A DNA stretch of 64,000 nt, from NCBI GenBank assembly GCA_029268695.1, contig JAQWNJ010000014.1, forward strand, positions 751 to 64,750, written 5' to 3'. A program made the translations under genes and the position numbers. Numbering within the stretch: the stretch's first letter is position 1; each line of letters begins with the position of its first letter. Of the stretch, positions 10,562 to 22,753 are shown piece after piece. The notes beneath the pieces were generated by a model. That model was given only the letters and a program-made list of their open reading frames with translations. It was not told the origin of the DNA and ran no database searches. Source of the stretch: Bacteroidia bacterium. GTDB lineage: Bacteria; Bacteroidota; Bacteroidia; NS11-12g; UBA9320.

Positions 10562-10978
10562 ATGAAAAAAGAAATATTAAACAGCAGTAAGGCACCTGAA
10601 CCAGTGGGAGCATATCCACATGCGAGAAAGTTTGGAAATCTCCTCTTTTTAAGTGGCGTTGGGCCCAGAGAAAGAGGCACAAAAGAAATTCCAGGAGTTA
10701 AACTAGCTGATGATGGATCTATTGTTAGCTATGATATCGAAACACAGTGTCGATCTGTATTTAACAATATCAAACAAATTATAGAAGATTCAGGGAGTAG
10801 TTGGGATAACATCATCGATGTAACAGTTTTTCTAACGAACATGAAGGATGATTTTAAAACATATAATAAAATTTATGCTGAATACTTTAAAGATAATCAG
10901 CCTTGTCGTACAACACTAGAAATAAACTGTTTACCAACACCAATTGCAATAGAATTAAAAGTTATTGCAACTATTTAA
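10562..10978 (+). CDS. RidA/YjgF-family protein (2-aminomuconate deaminase-like)
   Basis: APEPVGAYPHAR, LLFLSGVGP and PCRTT...IAIELKVIA motifs. Confidence 0.85.
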   Translation: MKKEILNSSKAPEPVGAYPHARKFGNLLFLSGVGPRERGTKEIPGVKLADDGSIVSYDIETQCRSVFNNIKQIIEDSGSSWDNIIDVTVFLTNMKDDFKTYNKIYAEYFKDNQPCRTTLEINCLPTPIAIELKVIATI

Positions 10979-10988
10979 ATTTGGTTAA

Positions 10989-11861
10989 TTAAAGTTTTTC
11001 CATGGCTTGGTCTATCGCCTTCATCGTATCCTTATTGACTGGAACCACTGGGAGTCTAAACTGATTATCACAAATTCCTAGTTTTTTAAGTACGTATTTG
11101 ACACCTCCTGGATTACCATCCATGAAAATTGCTTTCATCAATGGGAGTAACTTGTAATGAAGATGTCTTGCATTTTTATAATCACCATCTAATGCATAAT
11201 TTACCATCTGACTGAATTCTTTCGGATATGCATTTCCGATAACTGAGATAACCCCTTGCATCCCAGCAGCAATGTATGACAAAGTATAATTATCATCCCC
11301 ACTAATCACTCCAAAATCATTTGGTACTTGATGAATAACATCCATACAAACATCTAGACTTCCACTAGCTTCTTTTGTACAAATAACATTGGGTAATTCT
11401 GCAATCCGAAATGTCGTTTGTGCCGAAACCAATGACCCTGTTCTTCCTGGAACATTATACATGATGATTGGCCATTTTGAAGCTTCACTAATAATTTTAT
11501 AATGTTGAAATATCCCTTCTTGACTAGGTTTATTGTAATATGGGCTGACACTCAAAATGGCATCAATACCTGACAAATCCTCAGAGACTAATCGATCGAG
11601 AACACTTGATGTGTTATTCCCTCCAATTCCATAGACAATAGGAAGACGCTTAGCATTCACTTCCACTACCTTTTTTAGTATTTCATTTTGCTCTTCTGGA
11701 CTAATGGTAGGATTTTCTCCTGTAGTTCCCATTACAACGAGATATCTTACTCCCCCATTAATCAGGTGATTGGTTAATTTTTCAAGACCATCATAATCAA
11801 CACTTTTATCTGTTTTAAATGGTGTGACCATAGCCACGCCCAATCCCTTGAATTTATTCAT
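10989..11861 (-). CDS. dapA: 4-hydroxy-tetrahydrodipicolinate synthase
   Basis: VAMVTPF, GTTGE, PYYNKPSQEG, YNVPGRTG and KEASG motifs. Confidence 0.96.
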   Translation of the reverse strand: MNKFKGLGVAMVTPFKTDKSVDYDGLEKLTNHLINGGVRYLVVMGTTGENPTISPEEQNEILKKVVEVNAKRLPIVYGIGGNNTSSVLDRLVSEDLSGIDAILSVSPYYNKPSQEGIFQHYKIISEASKWPIIMYNVPGRTGSLVSAQTTFRIAELPNVICTKEASGSLDVCMDVIHQVPNDFGVISGDDNYTLSYIAAGMQGVISVIGNAYPKEFSQMVNYALDGDYKNARHLHYKLLPLMKAIFMDGNPGGVKYVLKKLGICDNQFRLPVVPVNKDTMKAIDQAMEKL

Positions 11862-12373
11862 TTAATGTGTCTAGTTATATCTATAAACAATCCATACGCC
11901 TCTTGACTATTACTTTTTACCATCAGGTCATGTGCAAAAACAAAATCATCAAAAAACTTACCAATTCTTGTTTTTGCTACTGAAAAGGTTGAGATTCCTT
12001 GTAATTCAATAGCACCTTTTAAATCTAAATTAATTAGAAAATCAAAATCTTCTTGAATAAATTTAGATATGCTATCACCATGAGGAATCTTCCAAAAATT
12101 TAAATCGGCATTACAAAAATAACTCTCTTTATAATTTGGTAGTAGATTATCAATATCTTTCTCATTTACAAATCCCAAGGTAAATACTGATTTACCCTCA
12201 GATTCAAAATGATGAATAATTTTATGAAGGTGCTCGCTTGTCATATCTTGCATGTTGTATACAACGCCAATTTTACGTGCATATTTAAGTTTTTTTAGTC
12301 GCTCAAACTTATCTGCTTGTGAAGTTCTAGCGAGAATTCGCCTTCCAATATTTCGTTGGATATTCGTCAACAT
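11858..12373 (-). CDS. Conserved Bacteroidota hypothetical protein (DUF6913-like)
   Basis: LNFWKIP...FIQEDFDFLINL...AKTRIG pattern; located between ligA and dapA with a 4-nt overlap onto dapA. Confidence 0.65.
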   Translation of the reverse strand: MLTNIQRNIGRRILARTSQADKFERLKKLKYARKIGVVYNMQDMTSEHLHKIIHHFESEGKSVFTLGFVNEKDIDNLLPNYKESYFCNADLNFWKIPHGDSISKFIQEDFDFLINLDLKGAIELQGISTFSVAKTRIGKFFDDFVFAHDLMVKSNSQEAYGLFIDITRHIK

Positions 12374-12387
12374 TACAAAGATATAAC

Positions 12388-14496
<2,109 letters not shown>

Positions 14497-14519
14497 TCAG
14501 GTAGACTACCTTTAATCCT

Positions 14520-14873
14520 ATGAGAGTTAGTCTAAGTTATTTTTTATACTTCTATTGTATTCTTTCATTTGGACAATCTCCCTACACTTCCGGATTTTTT
14601 AATTATCATTTGACCGATCGGAACGAAATTCAATCGAATGAAATAACTAACGAATTTTATACAGGCATCAAACCCTACAGAAGAGATCCTGTTAGAAGGA
14701 ATTAAAAATACAATATCTCTAGATTTAAGCTACATGATTTGGTATAATTTGTTTGCTGATGCAGGAGTATTTATTAGTAATCAAAACAATGTTATTATTT
14801 CGGATGATCAAAAACAGTAATCTTTCGATTTGGGATGAGGTTAAACCTTACTGCTTTAGACTATCGTCAATAG
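14520..14873 (+). pseudogene. Remnant of a secreted outer-membrane protein (RemB/Wzi-like), centre missing and frameshifted
   Basis: Signal peptide and FYTGIKPY N-terminus; then in frame +1 LEGIKNTISLDLSYMIWYNLFADAGVFI; then frame 0 KTVIFRFGMRLNLTALDYRQ*, which resembles the last strands of a beta-barrel. Confidence 0.6.
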
Positions 14874-14874
14874 A

Positions 14875-16134
14875 TTACGTTTTCTGTTTTTTCTTTTTAA
14901 CACTTGGGAACAGAATATTATTTAATATCAAACGATATCCTGGTGAATTTGGGTGCAGAGATAAGTCTGTCGGTGGTTCACCAACCATATGCTGGTAATC
15001 TTCTGGATCATGACCACCATAAAATGTAAATTGGCCTTTACCCATCATGCCATGTAAATATTTAACTTCACCTAAACTTTTATTTTCTCCCATAATAACC
15101 ACTGAACTTTTCACAAATTGCTTTTGAAAAGCAGTTGTCTGCCCCATAAATGACTTCACAATACGCTCGTGATTTTGAGTTAGTATAGTAGGAATAACAT
15201 CCCATTTTGCACTGAATTCATTAAGAGCAAATAAGTCATTGGCCTCTTTCACTCTTCTTGTCCTTGGGTCTATATCAATGTTACTAATTTCATACCGCAT
15301 GGGATTAAGCTCAATGTTAAAATCTTTGAAAGCAAACGCATTATCAAAATCCAGTTTTGCTTGTGCATTTGGAGCCATAGGGTCACCGTCAAACATTCGC
15401 TCGCATATATCTATCCCTTTAGCAGATAAAGCTACATCATAACTATCTGGTGCACTACACATAGCAAATAAAAAACCCCCTCCTATTGTAAAATCTCTTA
15501 TTTTTTTTGATACTGCAAGTTTAAGCTCTGATACTTTTGTGTAACCGTATTTTTCTGCAAGTTCTTGAGCTTCATTCACCTGATTAATATACCACGGTGC
15601 ATTTCTATAACTTGCCCAAAATTTTCCATACTGTCCTGTAAAATCCTCATGATGTAGATGCAGCCAGTTATATAAAGGAAGTTTATCAGAGAGTACCTCA
15701 TCATCAAAAACAACATCGTATGGAATTTCAGCATATTTTAACACCATAGTGACAGCATCATCCCAAGGCTGAGCAGTTTTTGGAGAATAGACAGCAATCT
15801 TTGGCACTTTTAATAATTTAACAACCTCTGCATTGACTGATGGATTTGCAATGTCATTTTTGATACCAATTGCTCTAGATTCACTCATAGTAGTAAAAGT
15901 AACTCCTCTAAAAAGACACTCTTTTTCTATGTTTTCATAATCATTCATCAAGAAACTACCTCCTTTGTAATTCAATAACCATTCTACCTCTTCTTGCTGT
16001 TCAAGTACCCAATATGCAATACCATAGGCTTTTAAATGATTCTTTTGAGTAACATCCATAGGTATCAATAATTTGTCTGCAAAAACAGTCAATGACAAGC
16101 AAATTATTATAACTAATGGTACGATTTTTCTCAT
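14875..16134 (-). CDS. Conserved exported Bacteroidota protein with class I glutamine-amidotransferase-like region (often labelled asparagine synthetase B)
   Basis: Signal peptide; QKNHLKAYG, WLHLHHEDFTGQYGKF, GGFLFAMCSA and GGHDPEDYQH motifs. Confidence 0.7.
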   Translation of the reverse strand: MRKIVPLVIIICLSLTVFADKLLIPMDVTQKNHLKAYGIAYWVLEQQEEVEWLLNYKGGSFLMNDYENIEKECLFRGVTFTTMSESRAIGIKNDIANPSVNAEVVKLLKVPKIAVYSPKTAQPWDDAVTMVLKYAEIPYDVVFDDEVLSDKLPLYNWLHLHHEDFTGQYGKFWASYRNAPWYINQVNEAQELAEKYGYTKVSELKLAVSKKIRDFTIGGGFLFAMCSAPDSYDVALSAKGIDICERMFDGDPMAPNAQAKLDFDNAFAFKDFNIELNPMRYEISNIDIDPRTRRVKEANDLFALNEFSAKWDVIPTILTQNHERIVKSFMGQTTAFQKQFVKSSVVIMGENKSLGEVKYLHGMMGKGQFTFYGGHDPEDYQHMVGEPPTDLSLHPNSPGYRLILNNILFPSVKKKKQKT

Positions 16135-16136
16135 TA

Positions 16137-16496
16137 CTACTTAACAAAAAAAGTGGTGATTTTATGAGTAACTATAACTAGCGTGATTCCCAAAATATTG
16201 CTCAGGGCTAAGTATATAATTAGCTTTTTAAATTCCTTTAGCTCAAGTAGCTTAAATGCGTCTAGACCAAAGCTAGAGAATGTTGTAAACCCACCTAAAA
16301 TGCCCGTAATCAAAAATAAAGATGACTTTGGGTGATGAAGTACTAGAACACTAAATATTCCAATAAGCACACAACCTATCAAATTAACTGATAGTGTGGC
16401 AAAAGGAAAGTTGCCAACAGAGTGAAAAAATCCGCTTATATACCACCGCAATGCTGCACCGATACCACCGCCTATAAAAACCCAAGCTAAATTCAT
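16137..16496 (-). CDS. crcB: Fluoride efflux channel CrcB/FluC
   Basis: GGGIGAALRW, ATLSVNLIGC and GILGGFTTFSSF motifs. Confidence 0.93.
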   Translation of the reverse strand: MNLAWVFIGGGIGAALRWYISGFFHSVGNFPFATLSVNLIGCVLIGIFSVLVLHHPKSSLFLITGILGGFTTFSSFGLDAFKLLELKEFKKLIIYLALSNILGITLVIVTHKITTFFVK

Positions 16497-17308
16497 TCGT
16501 GATAGGTATAGTTAAATAAAAATTCTACTTCCAAAGCTCCATTCCCATTGTAGGTATATACATTATTTAGAAGTCCATTTTGTTTGTAGAAAAATAATTG
16601 TTTCCGATTTTGAGAATCCATAGTGCTTAAAACTCTATTATTTTGATCATATTCAAAATAAATTTGCTTGAAGCTTGGACTTTGACCATAAATTGTGATA
16701 GATCTACTTTTCATTTTCCCATCAGTCATCCTTTCATAACTCACCATGCTTAATGGGGTACCATCCTCATCTGTGGTGTACTCCTGAACTAAATTCTTTT
16801 TTCTATCATATCGATAAACATTTTTAATTAAACTCTGTTGCCCTGAATTATTCTCTCGTTTAGCTATCGAACTATCCAATTTGTTTTTTGAATTTCTATA
16901 GAATTCATTTGAGGAGACAAGTGTATCATTCTTTTCAGAATAATGTGTAATGATTTGAATTGGGTCATTCGAATCGTCATATTTAAAGAAACTTTTAGCA
17001 TAAGGCAAATTATCTCTTCGAATCTCAAGTATCCCAAGTTGACCATTTACATAGGAAAAAAATCGCTCCTCTGAATTATTCCAACCATTGCATCGCATAT
17101 CTGTTCGATGAAAAGTAATTGCTAACATATGATTAAATTTTTTGTGTTCAAGTAAGCACGTATCTTTATTCCCCTCAAATGCATGAACAAATTGGTATTT
17201 ATAAACAGTTGCTACTTTATTTAATTTAATTAATGCCGTATCATTTTGTTGAGCTTTCATAGTGAATGAAAGCAAAATCGATATACTAAAAAAGAATTGT
17301 CTTTTCAT
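16493..17308 (-). CDS. Secreted hypothetical protein with YD-like beta-hairpin repeats
   Basis: Signal peptide from ATG 17308 (ATGA overlap with the tsaD stop); repeated FxYD/YxYD..N motifs. Confidence 0.6.
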   Translation of the reverse strand: MKRQFFFSISILLSFTMKAQQNDTALIKLNKVATVYKYQFVHAFEGNKDTCLLEHKKFNHMLAITFHRTDMRCNGWNNSEERFFSYVNGQLGILEIRRDNLPYAKSFFKYDDSNDPIQIITHYSEKNDTLVSSNEFYRNSKNKLDSSIAKRENNSGQQSLIKNVYRYDRKKNLVQEYTTDEDGTPLSMVSYERMTDGKMKSRSITIYGQSPSFKQIYFEYDQNNRVLSTMDSQNRKQLFFYKQNGLLNNVYTYNGNGALEVEFLFNYTYHE

Positions 17309-18324
17309 TTTCTCGTGTAGCATACATCGGTTAGTTTGCCAAATTGCTTTTGTTCTAATTTAATTTTACCAGCAAATGCAATCATGGCTGCATTATCTGT
17401 GCAGTATTCAAATTTAGGAATATAAGCTTCTGAACCTGTGTTCCTAGCTAGTTTTTTAAGTGAGCACCTTAATTCAGAATTTGCTGCAACACCTCCGGCT
17501 ATACCAATACTATTAACCCCTGTTTCCTTAATTGCCCTATTCAAGTTGAACAATAAATAAGACACTATAGTACGTTGAATTGACGAACATAAATCATATA
17601 TATTTTCATCAATAAAGTTAGGATTCTTTTTAACCTCCTTTTGTAAAAAATAAAGTATTGATGTCTTCATACCTGAAAAGCTGTAATCCAATCCTCCAAC
17701 ATTTGGTGTATTGAATTTAAAAGCATTTGGATTCCCTTTTTTTGCAAGTTGATCAATTTGTGGACCAGACGGGTAGGAAAGGCCCAACATCTTACCTGCT
17801 TTATCAAAGGCCTCACCAGCAGCGTCATCCATAGTTTTCCCAAGTATCTGCATTTGATAATTTTCTTTGACTAGAACGATTTGAGTATGCCCCCCAGATA
17901 CCAATAAACATAAAAAGGGTAACGGAGGTATTTCTTCATCAATAAAATGAGCTAAAACATGAGCATCTAAGTGATTTATATTTACAAATGGCACCTCCAT
18001 AGACATTGATAGTCCTTTCACAAAGGTATGCCCTACAAGAAGGGACCCCATCAATCCAGGACCTTGAGTGCAAGCTATTGCATCTATATCTTGCAAATTC
18101 AAATTCGCTTTACTTAAGGCAGATTTTACCGTTGGGAGTATATTTTGTTGATGTTTTCGACTGGCCCATTCGGGAACAACACCTCCAAATTCTTCATGCA
18201 CTTTTTGTGATGCAATAACATTGGAACAAATTTTGCCATTCACCAAAACAGCTGCAGATGTATCATCACAAGACGATTCTACGCCAAGTATATTGTTATG
18301 TGAATTATTCTTTGTGTATTCCAA
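17305..18324 (-). CDS. tsaD: tRNA N6-adenosine threonylcarbamoyltransferase TsaD
   Basis: ILGVESSCDDTSAA, HLDAH, LLVSGGHTQ, DDAAGEAFDK and CTDNAAMIA motifs. Confidence 0.97.
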   Translation of the reverse strand: MEYTKNNSHNNILGVESSCDDTSAAVLVNGKICSNVIASQKVHEEFGGVVPEWASRKHQQNILPTVKSALSKANLNLQDIDAIACTQGPGLMGSLLVGHTFVKGLSMSMEVPFVNINHLDAHVLAHFIDEEIPPLPFLCLLVSGGHTQIVLVKENYQMQILGKTMDDAAGEAFDKAGKMLGLSYPSGPQIDQLAKKGNPNAFKFNTPNVGGLDYSFSGMKTSILYFLQKEVKKNPNFIDENIYDLCSSIQRTIVSYLLFNLNRAIKETGVNSIGIAGGVAANSELRCSLKKLARNTGSEAYIPKFEYCTDNAAMIAFAGKIKLEQKQFGKLTDVCYTRK

Positions 18325-18364
18325 GGTATGTTTGTATGTCTATTTTTGATATCTAATTAAGTAA

Positions 18365-21300
18365 TTGCCAAAAATAATTAAAATACCACTGATAACTCTT
18401 GCTGTTTTCATAGGCATGCTATTATTGTTTTTAGGAATTGCTCAAACTCATTGGTTTAAGAATATTATCAAATCTAATTTAATTTCATATTGCGAGGAAG
18501 AGCTTGATGTTAAAGTAAGTATCAAATCTCTTGAAATTAATTATTTCGACTTTATAAAAATCAACCAGCTTTACATTCCAGGAAAAAACAATGATACACT
18601 TATTTACGCTGATCAAATTTCCATTGACTATAATTTTAAAAAGTTAATAAAAAAGGAAGTCGAGTTAAATAACATTTTGTTGGATGGGGGATCGATTCAT
18701 ATTGGGGTCGTTGAAAACAAGAAATCACTCAATATTCAGTATCTTATTGATGCATTTAAACCTAAAAGTCAGAATAATTCAAAAAGAATACAACCATTTA
18801 TAATTCACCATCTTGGAATAAAAAACTCTACATTTTGTTATTTTGATGACAATAAAGAAGCTGAAAAAAAACATGCTTTTGATCAAAATGACATTCGATT
18901 CAACAAGATTGATGGGGACTTTAAAAACTTTGTAATCTTAGAAGACTCTTTAAATTTTAAAATAGAACGGTTAACCACCATGGAAAGCTCTGGCCTTTCT
19001 ATTAAAAATCTTAGTGCAAACGCAACTATCAGCTCAACAACCCTAAAGTTTGAACACCTTAAACTAAAAACACCATTAAGCTACATTGAAGATTTTGTAG
19101 CATTTAGATATCTTGATTATGAGGATTTTTCTGACTTCAATAATAATGTACTAATGAATGTATCATTATTGAATTCCTTTATTCATACAGATGATATCTC
19201 CATCTTTAATAGCAAGTTATCCTCTTATCACGACTTATTTAAAATAGAAGGAGAAATAATGGGATCAATTAATGACCTAACTGGCAAAAAAATAAAATTA
19301 TCACTAGGTGATAATAATCATTTTAATGGAGAGCTGGCCATTAAAAATGTGTCTAACCCTGATGAATTCCAATTTTTAATTAATGCTGATAAAATTAAGA
19401 CTACCCTGAGTGATATTAAACAGTATCTCAATGAACCTCAACTATTCAATGAAATAAAATATCTTAAAACAGTTGAATTTAGAGGCAAATATGAAGGTGA
19501 TTTTTATGCCTTTATTGTCAATGGCCAACTAGCCACTAATGTTGGCAATATTCGTGCAGAAGTATCTTTTGATAATACAGAAGACGTCCCAATATTTAAA
19601 GGTACCTTGTCAAGTGGTCAAATTGAACTTGGTAAGATGCTTTACAACCCATCATTCAATCAATGCAAATTCAATGTTAAATTTGAGGGAGAAGGAGCTT
19701 CCATAAATGATTTCAAGACTAAATTTAAAGGAAATATTAACCATATTTCTTATAATGGAATCTCCTATAAAAACACTAAAATCAATGGACAAATTGATGA
19801 GAAAATACTTTCCTGCATGATTGAAAACATTGGCATTGAACAGGAATTCAAAATAAATACTATCCTAAATCTTCAAAATAAAGCACCATCAATAACGGCA
19901 ACTGCTGATGTTAAAAAAATGAATTTTAAATTAAGTTTAAACGACTCAGTTGATAATTTATTGGCATTTAAAGCTGACTTAAAATTAACTGGGAACACAA
20001 TCAATACGATTGAAGGAGATGTAAATCTAGAACAACTTAAATATTCGAGAAACGGAGAAACATATCCATTTAAATTCCTTAAAATCAGCAAAACGGGAAC
20101 CGAAAAAAGACAAAATATAAACCTCACCTCTGATCAATTTGAACTTGCTATTTCAGGGAACTATACCCCTGCTGAATTACCTTTAATATCACAAAAATTA
20201 ATTCATAGGATTAACTCAATTGACGAAACGCTGGTGGGTTCAAGTATACAATCCGAAAACTTATACCTAACGATGAAGGTTCAGGAGAACAACCAAATCC
20301 TACCAATTTTAGTCAAAAAATTATCCCTAGAAAGTGGATTCTTATCATTAAGCTATGATATCAAAACGGGTGAAATTTTAAATAACACTAATTTAATAGG
20401 TCTACAATATGAAAACATATTAGCCCCTCGTGTGTTGGCTAATATTCATAATAATCAAGACTCGTCTGCTTTAAATTTCAATATTTCCACTGGAGGATTA
20501 TTGCAAAATGACAGCAGTTTATTTGAGCTATTTGAACTGAAAGGATTACTTGAAAAAAATGTCATTCATTTTCATAATATTTCAAAAAAAGGAAAATCCT
20601 TAGATATTGACATAAATGGCAGGGCTGTCTATCAAAGTGATAGTATTAAGATATATTTTGATCAATCAAAAGTTAAAGTAGATGAAAAACCATGGGTATT
20701 GAGACCTGTAAAAAATCCAAATATTATCCTTCATGAAGGCACGACAGAACTTCTTTACTTTGATTTTAGACATGCTGATGAAATACTATTTGTTGATGCA
20801 TCTTTAGGAGATCAAGCTAACAAAGCAAATGCAATTATCTCAAATTTTGAACTGGGAAATATTAATCCATTTATTGCAGGATTTGATTTAAGCTTTCATG
20901 GCATAGTAAATGGCTATATTGACATATCAGATCGCGAAGGGTTTCCAATTATTGAGACTAACCTGTCTGTAAAACAACTTCAAATGGATGATGATACATT
21001 AGGTAATCTTGAATTGTCTAGTGAAAATGCTAAGGGGCTTGCTGTATTGATTAATGGAGATATATCCAATGGGGTTCTTAATCAGATGAAAATTAGTGGT
21101 GCTATTGATTTTGACAATAAAAAATCACCTCTTAATCTTCAGCTTAAAACAAAAAAGAGTAGTATAAAACCATTTGATAAATACCTTGCTGGGCTGATGT
21201 CTGATGTTTCTGGATATAGCACAACAGACATTTCAGTAACTGGACCATTGAAAGCACCAAAACTAGATGGTACAATGTACATTGATAGTCTTGATTTCAC

Positions 21301-22753
21301 AATGGACTACCTACAAACTAATTATACAGGAGACGCTACTGTAAAAATCGACTATTCGTCATTTCATATTTCTAAAGCTCAGATAAAAGATAGATTTGGG
21401 CAAAAAGGGAATATCAATGGTAACATAAGCCATCATAATTTTCATGATTTTAAACTGGACCTTGATATTGACAAACTCCAAAACTTTGAGATCATGAATA
21501 CCTCTCGAGGAGATAATAGTTTGTTTTACGGAAGTGCTTTTGTAGATGGTTCTGCAAAAATTTCTGGACCACTTGATGATATTTTAATTCAAGTAAATGC
21601 TAAAAGTAGAAAAGGGACTGTAATAGAAATTCCTCTGGATGATCTAGAATCTGATCATACCCTTAGCTATGTAAAATTTGTTGATCTAAAAAAAGATATT
21701 AAAGAAGAAAAGGCATTTAAAACAGCTGCTGGCATTCAAATGGATTTCAATTTTGAGGTTACCAATGATGCTGAAGTAAAACTTATCTTTGACGAACTTC
21801 TAGGTGACAAAATAGAGGCTTCAAGTCATGGAAATTTAAGAATGGAAATTAATACATTCGGAGATTTTAACATGTATGGTGGACTCACCATAGACAAAGG
21901 GAATTATTTATTTACAGCATTTGACCTCATAAATAAATTTTTCGTCGTAAAACCTGGAGGAACACTTCGTTGGGATGGTAATCCATACAACGCCAAAATA
22001 GACCTTGAAGCTATTAAAAGAGAATACCCAACCCCACTTCCCTTATTGTCGGGCACACTATCCTCAGCTGAAGACAGTACCCTTTTTCAAACTGCTATAC
22101 CTGCTGATTGTTACCTAAAATTAGAGGGGTTGTTATTCAATCCTGATGTCACATTCGACCTAGGATTCCCATCAAAAACTAACCTAAATACTAATACAAA
22201 CAGCACTTTAAATACCATTATTAATCGAATTAGACTAGACCAAGAAGAACTCAATCGACAAGTTTTTGCGTTATTAGTTCTAGGCACCTTTATTCCTCCA
22301 AGCTTCGCAAATAGTTCGAGTCCTGAACTGTCTTTAGGAGCAGTAAATACAGGAATCAATAGTTTTAGTGACTTCGCCTCGAGTCAGATTAATAACTGGC
22401 TCAGCCAACTTGATACTCGATTTCAATTGGGTGTTGATTATCAAACCTCGTATCAAAAAAAAGCTGAATTAATACTATCTCTACGTCGTAAATTTATCAA
22501 TGATCGTTTAGAATTATCGTATTCTACAGATGCCGCCGCTCAAGGTTCTATCCCTTATGATATTAGTGTCAAATACACTATTGGAGATGACGGGAATCTA
22601 AAACTTCAAGGTTTCCAAAAACAAGCAAATGACCCTACGATTGGAAGTATTACAAATGTTCGTACAACTGGGGTTGGACTTTTCTATCGCTATCAGTTTG
22701 ATAAATTCAGATTACGTAGAAAGAGAAAGAAATTTTCTTCAGAAAGTAACTAA
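18365..22753 (+). CDS. tamB: Translocation/assembly module TamB-domain protein
   Basis: 1462 aa, N-terminal membrane anchor, beta-rich body, C-terminal G.L.WDGNPYNA and ELNRQVFALLVLGTF motifs; divergent from tsaD as is common in Bacteroidota. Confidence 0.85.
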   Translation: MPKIIKIPLITLAVFIGMLLLFLGIAQTHWFKNIIKSNLISYCEEELDVKVSIKSLEINYFDFIKINQLYIPGKNNDTLIYADQISIDYNFKKLIKKEVELNNILLDGGSIHIGVVENKKSLNIQYLIDAFKPKSQNNSKRIQPFIIHHLGIKNSTFCYFDDNKEAEKKHAFDQNDIRFNKIDGDFKNFVILEDSLNFKIERLTTMESSGLSIKNLSANATISSTTLKFEHLKLKTPLSYIEDFVAFRYLDYEDFSDFNNNVLMNVSLLNSFIHTDDISIFNSKLSSYHDLFKIEGEIMGSINDLTGKKIKLSLGDNNHFNGELAIKNVSNPDEFQFLINADKIKTTLSDIKQYLNEPQLFNEIKYLKTVEFRGKYEGDFYAFIVNGQLATNVGNIRAEVSFDNTEDVPIFKGTLSSGQIELGKMLYNPSFNQCKFNVKFEGEGASINDFKTKFKGNINHISYNGISYKNTKINGQIDEKILSCMIENIGIEQEFKINTILNLQNKAPSITATADVKKMNFKLSLNDSVDNLLAFKADLKLTGNTINTIEGDVNLEQLKYSRNGETYPFKFLKISKTGTEKRQNINLTSDQFELAISGNYTPAELPLISQKLIHRINSIDETLVGSSIQSENLYLTMKVQENNQILPILVKKLSLESGFLSLSYDIKTGEILNNTNLIGLQYENILAPRVLANIHNNQDSSALNFNISTGGLLQNDSSLFELFELKGLLEKNVIHFHNISKKGKSLDIDINGRAVYQSDSIKIYFDQSKVKVDEKPWVLRPVKNPNIILHEGTTELLYFDFRHADEILFVDASLGDQANKANAIISNFELGNINPFIAGFDLSFHGIVNGYIDISDREGFPIIETNLSVKQLQMDDDTLGNLELSSENAKGLAVLINGDISNGVLNQMKISGAIDFDNKKSPLNLQLKTKKSSIKPFDKYLAGLMSDVSGYSTTDISVTGPLKAPKLDGTMYIDSLDFTMDYLQTNYTGDATVKIDYSSFHISKAQIKDRFGQKGNINGNISHHNFHDFKLDLDIDKLQNFEIMNTSRGDNSLFYGSAFVDGSAKISGPLDDILIQVNAKSRKGTVIEIPLDDLESDHTLSYVKFVDLKKDIKEEKAFKTAAGIQMDFNFEVTNDAEVKLIFDELLGDKIEASSHGNLRMEINTFGDFNMYGGLTIDKGNYLFTAFDLINKFFVVKPGGTLRWDGNPYNAKIDLEAIKREYPTPLPLLSGTLSSAEDSTLFQTAIPADCYLKLEGLLFNPDVTFDLGFPSKTNLNTNTNSTLNTIINRIRLDQEELNRQVFALLVLGTFIPPSFANSSSPELSLGAVNTGINSFSDFASSQINNWLSQLDTRFQLGVDYQTSYQKKAELILSLRRKFINDRLELSYSTDAAAQGSIPYDISVKYTIGDDGNLKLQGFQKQANDPTIGSITNVRTTGVGLFYRYQFDKFRLRRKRKKFSSESN

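Noticed and set aside
16490..16560. Fluoride riboswitch before crcB
   Set aside because: The crcB start overlaps the upstream stop codon, leaving no leader, and no motif was recognised.
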